Shown here piece by piece: positions 36,454 to 45,011 of a stretch of DNA of 64,000 nt. Position 1 is the first letter of the stretch; every line of letters begins with the position of its first letter. This DNA is from Thermoanaerobaculia bacterium. Its GTDB lineage: Bacteria > Acidobacteriota > Thermoanaerobaculia > Gp7-AA8. The position numbers and the translations under genes are program-made. Location: assembly GCA_035630815.1 (NCBI GenBank), contig DASQJY010000044.1:5249-69248 (forward strand), given 5' to 3'. Below the pieces are notes generated by a model. It did no database searches. It was given only the letters and a program-made list of their open reading frames with translations, and was not told the DNA's origin.

Positions 36454-36530
36454 GTGGTCGAGATGGCGGCGCAGTGTAACGCATGACACGCGCGCGCCGC
36501 TGGCTGCAGTGGAGGCTGCAGTGGAGGCCC

Positions 36531-37775
36531 CTACCCCACCTTCACCGGCCTGCTGAACTCCGAGCTGAAGAACTGGACGTACTCGCCGTTGAAGTAGCTC
36601 GACGACTGGTGCCCGATGGCGGTGATCCAGAGGCCGCGCAGGTCGGCTTCGTAGCGGAGACGGAAGTAGCTGTCCGTCGTCCCCGGCGGCTGCGCGGCCT
36701 CCAGCCATTCTGGCGTGCCGAGATACCGTTGCCCCTCGGCGAAGCCCTGCGCGTCGACGGCGGCGTTGGCGTAGAGCTCGGGCGACGAGCTGACGGTCAG
36801 ATCGTTCAGGGGGGTCCGCAGGGAGAGACGCGTGAAGCCCTCGATGATCGTTCCCGTCCCGTCAAAGTACGCGCGGAGCAGCACGGGCGTTCCGGGCACG
36901 GCGGGGTTTGCAGGCGTACCGGCGGTGGGGCCGTCCAGCCTGACGTCGATGCCGCCGAGGCCGTTCCCCTCGATCCTGTTCCGGCTGACGGTGGTGAGGG
37001 CGTTCACCGCCAGCGCCACTCCGAACTCGGCGTTGTTGGCGATGACGTTCTCCAGGATCTCGTTGCGGCCGTGGATCAACCGGATCGCTTCCCCCATGAA
37101 GATGCCGCTGGCAAAGTTCCCGAGCAGCGCATCGGTGTGCGCGCCGACGCCGATCCTGTTCCGCTGCACGAGGGCACCGCGGGTCCAGAGGTAAGCGCCG
37201 CTGCGGACGTTGCCGCTGAGGACGTTGTCCTCCACCGTCACCGTGCCGCCGCCCAGGACCTCCAGACCGCGCCCGCCGTTGGCCGCGGCGCGCTCGCCGG
37301 TCGGATCGACGCCGAGGTAGTTCCGGGCGATCAGATGCGCTCCCGGCCTGGGCTGGACGATGGTCATGCCGTTGCCGCGAAAGTTCCCGACCGCCAATCC
37401 ATACACTTTCGTGTCGACCGTCCGGAAGAAGAGACCCGGCCCGTCCGCCACCGCGTGGGAGCCGTCGAGGAAGATCTCCGGACCGGCCGGGTTGGTGTCG
37501 GGCTGCGTCCGCCCGTCGATGACTATGCTGGCCGCCGTCACTTCGGGCAACGGCGTCCGCGGCCGGATCGTGTACCACCCCGCCTCCGGCAACGGCTCGA
37601 GCATCGCAAACGAAATCCGGCACGCCTGCCCGTCCGCCGCGCAAAGCGCGTTTGCATCGACGATCGCCTGCCGCAGCGACCCCGGCCCGGAATCGGCGAC
37701 CGTGACGACGCGCAGCTCCGTCGCCTGGGCAAGCAGCTGGGTGGTCAGAAAGAGCGAGAGCAGGAGCCGTGTCAT
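36531..37775 (-). CDS. secreted right-handed parallel beta-helix protein (CSLREA-like N-motif, TSEFS-type C-terminus)
   Basis: Signal peptide MTRLLLSLFLTTQLLAQA, GSLRQAIVDANA, repeated NN/GN beta-helix rungs, C-terminal SSEFSRPVKVG. Paralog of the next gene. Confidence 0.72.
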   Translation of the reverse strand: MTRLLLSLFLTTQLLAQATELRVVTVADSGPGSLRQAIVDANALCAADGQACRISFAMLEPLPEAGWYTIRPRTPLPEVTAASIVIDGRTQPDTNPAGPEIFLDGSHAVADGPGLFFRTVDTKVYGLAVGNFRGNGMTIVQPRPGAHLIARNYLGVDPTGERAAANGGRGLEVLGGGTVTVEDNVLSGNVRSGAYLWTRGALVQRNRIGVGAHTDALLGNFASGIFMGEAIRLIHGRNEILENVIANNAEFGVALAVNALTTVSRNRIEGNGLGGIDVRLDGPTAGTPANPAVPGTPVLLRAYFDGTGTIIEGFTRLSLRTPLNDLTVSSSPELYANAAVDAQGFAEGQRYLGTPEWLEAAQPPGTTDSYFRLRYEADLRGLWITAIGHQSSSYFNGEYVQFFSSEFSRPVKVG

Positions 37776-37780
37776 CGGAC

Positions 37781-39667
37781 CTACTCCGCCTTCACCGGCC
37801 TGCTGAACTCCGAGGTCGCCTCTACCTCGTACTCGCCGCTGAAGTAACTCGAGCGCTGCCGGGCGATGCCGGTGATCCAGCTGCCGCGGAGATCGCCTTC
37901 GTGGCGGAGCGTGAAGCTCAGGCCGTTCATGGTCGCGGTGCCCAGGAGGCGCTCCCCTTCGGCGAAGCCCTGTCCGTCCACCGCGGTATTCGCGTAGAGC
38001 TCGACCGCCCGCGGCGTCGCGACCACGTTGTTGGCACTGCCGGCGCGGGTGAAGCCTTCGATGATCGTGGCGGTTCCGTCGAAGCGGACCGAGAGGATGG
38101 TCGGCGGCGCCGGGATCTCGGCGCTGGCGGGGGCGTCGACGGTGGGACCGTCGAGGCCGATGTCGATGCCGCCCTGGACGTTGTTGAAGATGCGGTTGCG
38201 CTCGACGACGGCGACGGCGTAGATGCCGAGGGCCACGCCGAAGTCGCGGTTGTTGGCGATGACGTTCTCTGTCACCGCCGCCCTCCCGTAGCCGGTGCCG
38301 CGCGGGCCGATGAAGATGCCGCTCGCGCCGTTGCCGATCGCCTCGTCGCTGTGCGCGGCCACGCCGATGCGATTCCCCGTCACCTGGACGTTCCGGCACC
38401 AGAGGAAGGCGCCGCTCCGCCCGTTGCCGCTGAGGACGTTGTGCTCGACGAGCGCGAAGCCGGACAGGACCTCGACGCCGCGGCCGCCGTTCGGCGCCGC
38501 GCGCGAGCCGGTCGGGTCGACGCCGAGGAAGTTGCCCTGGATGACGTGCTGGTCGCCGGTGCGGATCGAAATGCCATTGCCACGAAAATTACCAATCGCC
38601 AACCCATACACGCCGGTACGGTACGTACCAAGGGAGAGGCCGGGCCCGTCGGCGTTCACCGCCGACCCGTCGAGGAAGACCTCGGGGCGATCGGGATGGA
38701 CGTCGGTCTGCGTGCGGCCGTCGACGAGCATCCAGGGAGCCGTCACTTCCGGCAGCGGGGTGCGCGGCTGGATCGTGTACCAGCCCTCGGCTGTGGGCGG
38801 CTCGGCGATCAGGAAGCGGATCCGGCAGGCGCGCTCGTTGATGGTGCAGAGCGCGTTCGCGTCGATGATGGCCTGCCGCAGCGATCCCGGTCCGGAGTCG
38901 GCGGTGGTCGTCACGTCGAAGTCGCGGAAGTGGGTCACGAACTGGGTGCCCTCAAAGCCGAGGTCGCCCCACTCCACGCTCGCGCTGTAGAAGATCAGCG
39001 TTTCGAGGAGCAGCTCGATTTCGAATGCCGCCTCGAACGTCGAGTGAGCGGCGACTGCCGGGAGCGCGCAGACGATCTGTCCCACTCCGGTGGTGCAGCT
39101 GAGGGCGGGGTCGACGGCGATCACGCGGGCCAGGCTGGTGACGCGCAGGAGGAGCTTCGCGTCCGTGGCGGCATAGCCGGAGCGGTTCTCGAACGAGACG
39201 CGCACCGTCCCCCGCTTCTGCGCGTCGAGCGCCGGAGGCGCGCTCACGGTGACTTCGGCCGAGGACTGGTCGAGCCAGTCGGCGAGCAGCAGATAGGAGT
39301 TGTTCGCGGGATTCGGGTCGGCCTGGTCGGACCTGACCGTGAGGTCGAACCGCATCGGGCGGACGCTCGAGTGCGATCCCGTCCGCGCCCGGAACGTGAC
39401 CGACGTGCCCGGCTCGACGGCGTCCGCCACGCAGCGGAACCCCGCCTCTACGCGAGCGCAGCGCGGATCGATCCTGTCATCCAGCGCCTGCACGGAGTCG
39501 ACGACGACGTTCGTCGCCCGGTCGGGTCCGGCGTTGGCGACCACGATCGCCACCTCGGCCGGCTGGGTATGGAAGACGGCGCCGGCGGGAGCCGCGGAGA
39601 TGGAGAGATCGGCGTTCTGGGCGAGGAGGGGGGTGGCAAGGAGGAGGGCGAGCAGGAGTCGGGTCAT
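37781..39667 (-). CDS. secreted parallel beta-helix protein with extra N-terminal beta-sandwich repeats, paralog of 36531-37775
   Basis: Signal peptide MTRLLLALLLATPLLAQ, then two roughly 100-aa repeat domains. The same GSLRQAIIDANA...beta-helix...TSEFSRPVKAE architecture follows. Confidence 0.72.
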   Translation of the reverse strand: MTRLLLALLLATPLLAQNADLSISAAPAGAVFHTQPAEVAIVVANAGPDRATNVVVDSVQALDDRIDPRCARVEAGFRCVADAVEPGTSVTFRARTGSHSSVRPMRFDLTVRSDQADPNPANNSYLLLADWLDQSSAEVTVSAPPALDAQKRGTVRVSFENRSGYAATDAKLLLRVTSLARVIAVDPALSCTTGVGQIVCALPAVAAHSTFEAAFEIELLLETLIFYSASVEWGDLGFEGTQFVTHFRDFDVTTTADSGPGSLRQAIIDANALCTINERACRIRFLIAEPPTAEGWYTIQPRTPLPEVTAPWMLVDGRTQTDVHPDRPEVFLDGSAVNADGPGLSLGTYRTGVYGLAIGNFRGNGISIRTGDQHVIQGNFLGVDPTGSRAAPNGGRGVEVLSGFALVEHNVLSGNGRSGAFLWCRNVQVTGNRIGVAAHSDEAIGNGASGIFIGPRGTGYGRAAVTENVIANNRDFGVALGIYAVAVVERNRIFNNVQGGIDIGLDGPTVDAPASAEIPAPPTILSVRFDGTATIIEGFTRAGSANNVVATPRAVELYANTAVDGQGFAEGERLLGTATMNGLSFTLRHEGDLRGSWITGIARQRSSYFSGEYEVEATSEFSRPVKAE

Positions 39668-39675
39668 GGGATGTC

Positions 39676-39720
39676 GAAATAAAGATACGCGAGTCGCGCG
39701 CGAAACGTCGCGCCCGCGCG
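39676..39720 (-). terminator. terminator/attenuator-like GC hairpin plus T-rich tract
   Basis: Minus strand reads GCGCGCGGGCGCGACGTTTCGCGCGCGAC, followed by TATCTTTATTTC. Lies between the 34-codon ORF and the beta-helix gene ATG. Confidence 0.3.
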
Positions 39721-39746
39721 CATATCGCCTGTGGCACGGGGTCGCG

Positions 39747-39851
39747 TTACAGGCGAGAAGCGTGGTTCTCGGCGGAGCCGTGGATCTCGCGCAGTGCATT
39801 AACCCCATCGCGCACGCCTTTAACGTGATCGCGGAGATAGTTGAAGGTCAT
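39747..39851 (-). CDS. candidate 34-codon small ORF (not in the ORF track)
   Basis: My own translation gives MTFNYLRDHVKGVRDGVNALREIHGSAENHASRL. SD-like AAGGTGA lies 5 nt upstream. The 5' end is homologous to the tandem 43-nt units upstream. Confidence 0.25.
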   Translation of the reverse strand: MTFNYLRDHVKGVRDGVNALREIHGSAENHASRL

Positions 39852-39975
39852 GATTTTCACCTTCAGTCTCACCTTCAGGACAGTTGAACTCGTCGATTTT
39901 CATCTTGAGTCTCACCGGGAGGACAGTTGAACCCCATGATTTTCATCTTGAGTCTCGCCTGGAGGACAGTTGAAC
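39847..39975. repeat. 43-nt tandem repeat, 3 copies
   Basis: GATTTTCA(C/T)CTT(C/G)AGTCTC.CC....GGACAGTTGAAC (38 nt) at 39852, 39895 and 39938, separated by 5-nt variable linkers. A degenerate fourth copy overlaps the recG 3' end near 40016-40040. Confidence 0.9.
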
Positions 39976-40034
39976 GTGACGGCGATGGAGTTCAAGGTGA
40001 TCGAACATGGGCTTGATCCCATGAGCGGTCACCT

Positions 40035-42125
40035 TCAGTCCCGCGTCGCGGCTTCCGGGACCGGGATTCCGAGGAGTGCGCGTGCGGTCTCCTCGGCTCG
40101 AGGCAGGTCCTCGTCGATCGAGGTGATGGCCAGGTCGCGCGCCTTCTCCATCAGGTCGTAGTCGCGGAGGATGTGGCCCATGCGGAAGCGCATGGAGCCG
40201 GACTGGCGGGTGCCGAGGAACTCGCCGGGGCCGCGGATCTGGAGGTCATGCTCGGCGACTTCGAAGCCGTCCCGGGATTTCTCGAAGAGCGCCAGGCGGT
40301 CCTTCGTCTCGCCGGATGCTTTCTCATCGCGGAGGAGGATGCAGTAGGACTTGCGCTCGCCGCGGCCGACGCGGCCGCGCAGCTGGTGGAGCTGGGAGAG
40401 GCCGAAACGGTCGGCGTCGACGATGAGCATGATCGAGGCGTTCGCCACGTCGATCCCCACCTCGATCACGGTCGTGGCCACGAGGATGTCGAGCTCGCCG
40501 CGCTTGAAGCGCTGCATCGTCTCCTCTTTCTCGGCCGGCTTCATCCGGCCGTGCAGCATGGCCAGCCGGCGGTTCGGGAAGCGCTGTTTGGTCGCCTCGA
40601 AGCCCTGGGTCAGCGGCTTGAGGTTCGACTTCTCCGACTCCTCGATGATCGGGTAGACAAAGTACGCCTGCGCCCCCTCGCCGAGCTGGGCGTCGACGAA
40701 GTCATAGACGCGGTCGACGTCGGCGGACGACCGCACCGCGGTCTTGACGCGCTGCCGTCCGGGTGGCAGCTCGTCGATGACCGAGAGCTCGAGGTCGCCG
40801 TAGATCGCCAGCGCGAGCGAGCGCGGGATCGGCGTGGCGGTCATGACCAGGATGTCGGGGAGCGCTCCTTTGGAGAAGAGCTTCTGGCGCTGCTCGACGC
40901 CGAACCGGTGCTGCTCGTCGACGATGGCCAGGCCGAGGGACTTGAACTGGATCGCCTCCTCGAGCAGCGCGTGGGTGCCGACCACGAGCTGGATGTAGCC
41001 GTCGCGGAGGCCGGCGACGAGCGTGCGGCGCTCGCTCGCACCCATCGAGCCGGTCGCGCGCGCCATGATGACCGAGCGGTCATTCGTCTGGATGTTCGTC
41101 TGGTCAAGCAACTGCTGGATGCGCTGGAAGTGCTGCTCGACCAGGATCTCGGTCGGCGCCAGCAGCGCCACCTGGTGGCCGTTGCGGATCATGATCAGCG
41201 CCGCGATGAGGGCCACGATGGTCTTGCCGCTGCCGACGTCGCCCTGCAGGAGGCGGTACATCGGGCGCTCGGAGCGGAGGTCGTCCGCGATCTCGCGGAG
41301 CACACGTTTCTGTGCACCCGTCAGCTTGAACGGGAGCACCCGTTTGACCTCTTCGCGGATCCCGTCGTCTACCTCGATGATGCGCGATTTCTTTGTCGTC
41401 TCCTCGTTCGCGCGGCGGACGCGGAGCGCGAGCTGGAACATGAAGAACTCCTGCAGGATCACCCGCAGGTGTGCCGGCGACCGCTGGCCGAGGAACGGTC
41501 CGGTGAGCTCGTCCGGCTGGTGGAGCGTGCGGATGGCGGTCTGCAGGTCGATCACGCCGAGGCGGTCGCGGAGACCGGGAGGGAGCGGATCTTCGAGGAG
41601 TGGGAGCGTCTCCAGCCCGGCGGCGACGATCTTCCGCAGCGCCTTGACCGGGATGTTGCCGACCTTGGAGTAGATCGGGACGATGGCCCCCTCTTCCTCC
41701 TCGTTCCCCTCGAACTTCTCCCAGTCGGGGCTTTCGATGGTCAGCGCGCGGTACCCGGTGGAGCGCGGCGCGCCGTAGACCGCCAGCCGGTCGCCCTGCT
41801 TGATCTGATCGGCGAGAAAGGCCTGATTGAACCAGATCAGCTTCACGGAGCCGGTGCCGTCGTCCAGCACCGCCTCGAAGAGCCGCATCCGCTTCACGGG
41901 CGAGACGCGCGCGTGCGCCGAGACGATCCGCCCGCGGATCAGCACCGGCACATCGAGCGAGCGCCCCAGGTCCGCAATCCGCGCGGGATGCCGCCGGTCC
42001 TCATAGCGATGAGGGAAGAAGTGCAGCAGGTCGCGGATCGTCTCCACACCCGCGGCCCGAAGCAGCTCCGCCCGGCCGGGACCAACCCCTTTGAGGAATT
42101 CGATGGAGGTGTCGGGTGTGAGCAC
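40035..42125 (-). CDS. recG: ATP-dependent DNA helicase RecG
   Basis: Wedge domain followed by helicase motifs GDVGSGKT and DEQHRFG. Confidence 0.95.
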   Translation of the reverse strand: MLTPDTSIEFLKGVGPGRAELLRAAGVETIRDLLHFFPHRYEDRRHPARIADLGRSLDVPVLIRGRIVSAHARVSPVKRMRLFEAVLDDGTGSVKLIWFNQAFLADQIKQGDRLAVYGAPRSTGYRALTIESPDWEKFEGNEEEEGAIVPIYSKVGNIPVKALRKIVAAGLETLPLLEDPLPPGLRDRLGVIDLQTAIRTLHQPDELTGPFLGQRSPAHLRVILQEFFMFQLALRVRRANEETTKKSRIIEVDDGIREEVKRVLPFKLTGAQKRVLREIADDLRSERPMYRLLQGDVGSGKTIVALIAALIMIRNGHQVALLAPTEILVEQHFQRIQQLLDQTNIQTNDRSVIMARATGSMGASERRTLVAGLRDGYIQLVVGTHALLEEAIQFKSLGLAIVDEQHRFGVEQRQKLFSKGALPDILVMTATPIPRSLALAIYGDLELSVIDELPPGRQRVKTAVRSSADVDRVYDFVDAQLGEGAQAYFVYPIIEESEKSNLKPLTQGFEATKQRFPNRRLAMLHGRMKPAEKEETMQRFKRGELDILVATTVIEVGIDVANASIMLIVDADRFGLSQLHQLRGRVGRGERKSYCILLRDEKASGETKDRLALFEKSRDGFEVAEHDLQIRGPGEFLGTRQSGSMRFRMGHILRDYDLMEKARDLAITSIDEDLPRAEETARALLGIPVPEAATRD

Positions 42126-42217
42126 GCGGTTATTGTGCGGGAGGTGTGCGGGATAGGTGCGTTTCTCTACCGGAGGTGGACCGACGAAGGGCCTCCCGTC
42201 GTCCCTCTCTCGTGGGC

Positions 42218-43030
42218 CTAATCGAAAACCGCCTTCATCGCAATCAGCCCGATCTTCAACAGATCCCCATTGTGCAGCGTCACCGGCACTCCGGTGGGGA
42301 TGCGCTGGTCGTTGACGTAGGTGCCGTTGACCGTGCCCACCTCTTCGAGGACGTGGTAATCCTCGCCGCTGCGGATGATCTTGGCGTGGCGGCGGGAGAC
42401 GGAGCGGTTGTTGTCGACCGGGGTGAGGTCGACGTCGGGGAGGATCCCGGTGACAGGGTCGGCGCGGCCGATGGTGGTCTCGTCGCCGTTGCTGAAGAAG
42501 AAGGCGGTGCCGGTGGCCACGTCCACCAGGCGGTGGCGGGTCGCCTTTTCGGCGGGGGCGATCACGGTGGCATCCATCGAGACGTGATCGACGTCCACCT
42601 CGCGCCCGACGAGCTTCTCGAGGAGCGTGTTCGCCTCGCGGAGGCGCTTCGAGTATTTGCGGATGATGCGCACCGCAACCTCGGGGTTCTTGCGGAGCAT
42701 CTCATCGAACCGCGAGCCGTTGATGGCCACGACGTGGACCTCCGTCACGGCCACGGCGTCGGCGGTGCGGGGCATGGCCTCCAGGATGGCCATCTCGCCG
42801 AAGAAGTCGCCCTTCTCGAGGCGGGAGAGGACGTGCGATTCGCCGCCGATGTGCTTGATGATCTCGACCACCCCGTCATGCACGATGAACATCTCGGTGC
42901 CGAGGTCGCCCTGGGCGAAGATCTTATCGCCGGCGGAAAAGGCGAGCTGAGAGTCTTTCAGCGGATCGCGCATCGATCCGCCTGTCGTCTTGAAGACGGC
43001 CTTCATCCCTCTGCCAGCCTCGTCGCTCAT
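42218..43030 (-). CDS. cyclic-nucleotide-binding domain plus FHA domain protein
   Basis: cNMP block GDFFGEMAIL...RTA. C-terminal FHA (TIGRADP...VSRRHAKI...GTVNGTYVN). ATGA overlap with the ldcA stop. Confidence 0.8.
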   Translation of the reverse strand: MSDEAGRGMKAVFKTTGGSMRDPLKDSQLAFSAGDKIFAQGDLGTEMFIVHDGVVEIIKHIGGESHVLSRLEKGDFFGEMAILEAMPRTADAVAVTEVHVVAINGSRFDEMLRKNPEVAVRIIRKYSKRLREANTLLEKLVGREVDVDHVSMDATVIAPAEKATRHRLVDVATGTAFFFSNGDETTIGRADPVTGILPDVDLTPVDNNRSVSRRHAKIIRSGEDYHVLEEVGTVNGTYVNDQRIPTGVPVTLHNGDLLKIGLIAMKAVFD

Positions 43031-43992
43031 GATGTGACCGCTGCTTCCGTGACGGTGAACGCCCGATCCCGGGTATCGAGACGCACTGTCCTGCCGACCG
43101 GCATCAGGAGATTGTTTCCGTGATGCCCGATGGGGAGGTTGCGTACGACTGGGATCTGCAGCGGCTCGAAGAATTCGCGCAGAAACGCGAGCAATTCCGC
43201 GTCGTCGCCGCAATCCTTCAATGTGCCGATGAGTACACCCCGGACCGCCTGCATTCTGCCAGACAGGCGTAGGTGGGTCAACATACGGTCGAGACGGTAA
43301 AGCGGCTCGTCGACGTCTTCCCAGAACCAGATGCCGCCGTCGACCCAATAGTCGTACGCCGTGCCGACCAGCGACTGCGTCAGGGCCAGGCAGCCGCCGA
43401 AGAGCGGCCCTTCCGCTTCCCCTTCCACGACCACGTCGCCGGCCGCGAATTCGCGCGTGAGCGGCGCCCCGCCGCTGAGCATGTCCCAGAACCACCGTTC
43501 GATGTCCGGACTGAGCCCGCCGCGGAAGTCGAGGTTGATCATCGGGCCGTGAAAGCTGGCCACGCCGACCTGGGTCGCGAGCGCCTGGTGGATGGCGGTG
43601 ATGTCGCTGAACCCGACCAGCGGCCGCGGATTCGCGGCAAAGGCGGCGTAGTCGATCCGGTCGAGGATGCGCATGGCGCCGTAGCCGCCGCGGGCGAAGA
43701 AAAAGGCGTCGTACTCCGGCGAGCGGAAGGCGCGATTGAGCTCCTCGACCCGCTCGTCGTCGGTCCCGGCCAGGTAGCCGCGGTGGCGGCGGTCGACGTT
43801 CGCGGCGATGGTGACGCGATGCCCGAGCCGCTCGATGGCCCGCGCGCCTTCGACGATGCGCGCCCGCTCCGAGGGGCCGGAGGAGGCGAGGATGGCGATG
43901 TGGGCGTGTTGTGGGATTGCTCGCGGCGCGATGAGGCGGGGGGACGGGATTGAGGATTGAGGATTGAGGATTGAGGAGGAAGAAGAATGCAC
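43027..43992 (-). CDS. ldcA: LD-carboxypeptidase (peptidase S66)
   Basis: IAILASSGPS, GGYGAMRIL and nucleophile block VGFSDITAIH. The start is uncertain. The only in-frame canonical start not overlapping rnpB is GTG 43992, inside the hairpin loop. Confidence 0.75.
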   Translation of the reverse strand: MHSSSSSILNPQSSIPSPRLIAPRAIPQHAHIAILASSGPSERARIVEGARAIERLGHRVTIAANVDRRHRGYLAGTDDERVEELNRAFRSPEYDAFFFARGGYGAMRILDRIDYAAFAANPRPLVGFSDITAIHQALATQVGVASFHGPMINLDFRGGLSPDIERWFWDMLSGGAPLTREFAAGDVVVEGEAEGPLFGGCLALTQSLVGTAYDYWVDGGIWFWEDVDEPLYRLDRMLTHLRLSGRMQAVRGVLIGTLKDCGDDAELLAFLREFFEPLQIPVVRNLPIGHHGNNLLMPVGRTVRLDTRDRAFTVTEAAVTS

Positions 43993-44046
43993 GGGGACAT
44001 TCTCCGATGCTTTCTCCTCAATCCTCAATCCTTCATCCTCAATCCC
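43946..44046. repeat. heptamer-array hairpin element, TGAGGAT family
   Basis: Arms are GGGATTGAGGATTGAGGATTGAGGATTGAGGAGGA and TCTCCTCAATCCTCAATCCTTCATCCTCAATCCC, with a 32-nt loop. Starts 10 nt past the rnpB 3' end. Confidence 0.92.
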
Positions 44047-44056
44047 GAAGGAAGAA

Positions 44057-44473
<417 letters not shown>

Positions 44474-44562
44474 AGGGAGGATAACAGCGCCGACGGGATT
44501 TAATTCTGCGAGGTAAATTGCTGCTGTTTTAGTGACTTAGTAACGATGTCGGCGTGCCGACA

Positions 44563-44991
44563 TCAAAATTTCAGCCGGTTTTTGTCGTCGGAAAAGTAAG
44601 CATCCCAGTCGTCGCCGAGCTCCGGCTCGCTGCTCGACTCGGTCTCCATCTCCCGGATGAACGCGGCCGGCGCGATCACGCTCACCTGTCGCCGCTGCAC
44701 GCGCGCCGCGAGGCCGGCGTCGGCGGTGACGACGCTCCACCCCCTCCCCTGCGCGGCCCGCTCGGCGATCAGGTCGTCGGCCTTGCGGGTGCCGCTGAAG
44801 ACGACCGTCACGTTGCCGAGATGGCGGCCGAAGCTGTGCGGCTCCGGACCGTCGAAGATGCAGGTGACCCTGGTCTTCTTCGCCCGCGCGAACCCGGCCA
44901 GCAGGCGGACGAGTCCGCGCTTGGACTCGTCCCCGTGGCGGTCGACGCGCATCGCTCCGAGAACGTTGCTGCCGTCGATGAGGAAGGGCAT
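44563..44991 (-). CDS. NYN/YacP-like predicted ribonuclease
   Basis: MPFLIDGSNVLG...VTCIFDG...VVFSG...ADDLI...VVTAD layout of the YacP-like NYN domain. Confidence 0.78.
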   Translation of the reverse strand: MPFLIDGSNVLGAMRVDRHGDESKRGLVRLLAGFARAKKTRVTCIFDGPEPHSFGRHLGNVTVVFSGTRKADDLIAERAAQGRGWSVVTADAGLAARVQRRQVSVIAPAAFIREMETESSSEPELGDDWDAYFSDDKNRLKF

Positions 44992-45011
44992 GGTGAACCC
45001 GCGCTACCTCA

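Noticed and set aside
36504-36527. Direct 12-nt duplication CTGCAGTGGAGG x2 between the beta-helix gene and trpS
   Set aside because: Only two copies, with no partner elsewhere in the window. Too small to interpret.
39732-39746. Sigma-54-like TGGCACG...TCGC motif
   Set aside because: The GG-to-GC spacing is off by one, the -12 element is TCGC rather than TTGC, and it is on the plus strand with no downstream plus-strand gene.
39847-39975. Possible CRISPR array (three regularly spaced repeats)
   Set aside because: The spacers are only 5 nt, only three units are present, and no cas genes are in the window. It is a plain tandem duplication.
40173-42221. 682-aa plus-strand ORF antisense to recG
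   Set aside because: No motifs and biased composition. recG on the other strand is unambiguous.
44525-44560. Hairpin GATGTCGGC-GTG-CCGACATC as an intrinsic terminator of the NYN gene or a promoter element of rnpB
   Set aside because: No T-tract follows on the minus strand, and I could not place convincing -35/-10 boxes at a sensible distance from the rnpB 5' end.
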